Positions 33,307 to 34,038 of a DNA stretch of 34,038 nt are shown piece by piece; positions within the stretch are counted from its first letter, which is position 1; the number at the start of each line of letters is the position of its first letter. The stretch covers positions 1 through 34,038 of IMG/VR virus record IMGVR_UViG_3300032236_000424, one strand, 5' to 3'. Made by a program: the position numbers and the translations under genes. The notes beneath the pieces are model-generated. The model did no database searches. It was given only the letters and a program-made list of their open reading frames with translations, and was not told where the DNA came from. Source of the DNA: a virus. Taxonomy: Duplodnaviria; Caudoviricetes.

Positions 33307-34038
33307 GACTCACCCTCACTTGCTTTTAGGTTAGAGGAAATGATCACAGCAAAGACTGGATCAGTCACAGAAACCTCAAAAACCCTGTCCCTAGACCATC
33401 CAAGCCTTCTCCAAATAGCTCTGTTGCTGTATTTTCCTTCCTGTCCAATAGTCACCCAATATTCCCTAGACCATGTGGATCCACCATCATTTGACCATCT
33501 GAGCATGGCTTGAGGATAGGTTGTAACTGATCCAGTGGTAATTGGCAAAGACACTCCAGTGGTTCCAACTCCAGGCTGAAACTGGATCTGCAACTCATGG
33601 AAATACTGCCTTTGGAAGTCTGTAACCAAATGAGGTGCTCTTCTGACCCTCCTGATTGGCTGTCCATTGTCTGTGTAATTATTGGGATCTAGCATGTAGA
33701 GCTGACCATTTTGCCAATCTCCAACCACCACCATATTTTGAAAAACAGCAGAACAGTTGCCTCTGTGCCTATGGAATGTGTTTGTATTGTCTCTCCAAAG
33801 CCATTTATGCCACATTCCTGTGCTGATGTCATATGCCCAAGTTAAGTCAATAGTTGGGAAATTAATTACATAAACCTCATGGCCTTCTAGCTGATATGTC
33901 CATGAAACAGCATCCTCAACATACTGATTAACCAAAGTATTCTCAACAGCATGAGTGGATATTCTTTGAGGAATATAGCCATTCATTTGCATAATCTGGG
34001 ATTGACCCCTGATATTTCTGGACAAATAGGCAAAGGAA
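33303..34038 (-). CDS. gp10-like protein, 3' part (joined to 1..1526)
   Basis: RISTHAVE, YQLEGHE.Y and L.WSNDGG.TW...G..G.Y..R..WRRLG..RDRVF motifs. Confidence 0.88.
   Translation of the reverse strand, partial: SFAYLSRNIRGQSQIMQMNGYIPQRISTHAVENTLVNQYVEDAVSWTYQLEGHEVYVINFPTIDLTWAYDISTGMWHKWLWRDNTNTFHRHRGNCSAVFQNMVVVGDWQNGQLYMLDPNNYTDNGQPIRRVRRAPHLVTDFQRQYFHELQIQFQPGVGTTGVSLPITTGSVTTYPQAMLRWSNDGGSTWSREYWVTIGQEGKYSNRAIWRRLGWSRDRVFEVSVTDPVFAVIISSNLKASEGES
33916..34038. repeat. Direct terminal repeat, copy 2
   Basis: Identical to bases 1-123. Confidence 0.97.

Noticed and set aside
33916-34038. 123-bp repeat as a physical terminal repeat of the virion DNA
   Set aside because: It lies mid-gene with no relation to the packaging genes and is best explained as assembler overlap of a circular or permuted genome.
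1-34038. Stop-codon reassignment
   Set aside because: The standard code gives full-length, tightly coupled genes, and the gaps are filled by ORFs under 60 aa.

Overview
This appears to be the complete circular genome (33,915 bp unique) of a tailed dsDNA phage. Bases 1-123 are repeated exactly at 33916-34038, and one gene spans the join. The virion module is P22/podovirus-like: TerS, TerL, portal, scaffold, coat, gp4- and gp10-like connectors, three ejection proteins and two fibre loci. There is a Gram-negative lysis cassette (M15 endolysin, embedded Rz/Rz1) and a lambdoid-style early region (Cro-like HTH, O-like initiator with iterons, ERF, YqaJ exonuclease, SSB-like protein, NinB). I found no integrase, CI repressor, polymerase, methyltransferase or tRNA. 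Four signals stand out. (1) A lysis-cassette gene has an A9 slippery run whose -1 frame adds a transmembrane segment and a two-Cys domain and fills an otherwise empty gap. (2) CG is depleted about ten-fold genome-wide, and GCWGC and GGWCC are almost absent, with discrete islands where this relaxes (tail-tip module, coat gene). (3) A GREB1/TAGT-like glycosyltransferase and a small partner gene sit in the replication operon with no TET or methyltransferase in the genome. (4) Two intergenic regions look like structured RNAs. Product calls come from motif and synteny recognition, not database searches, and motif counts are by eye.
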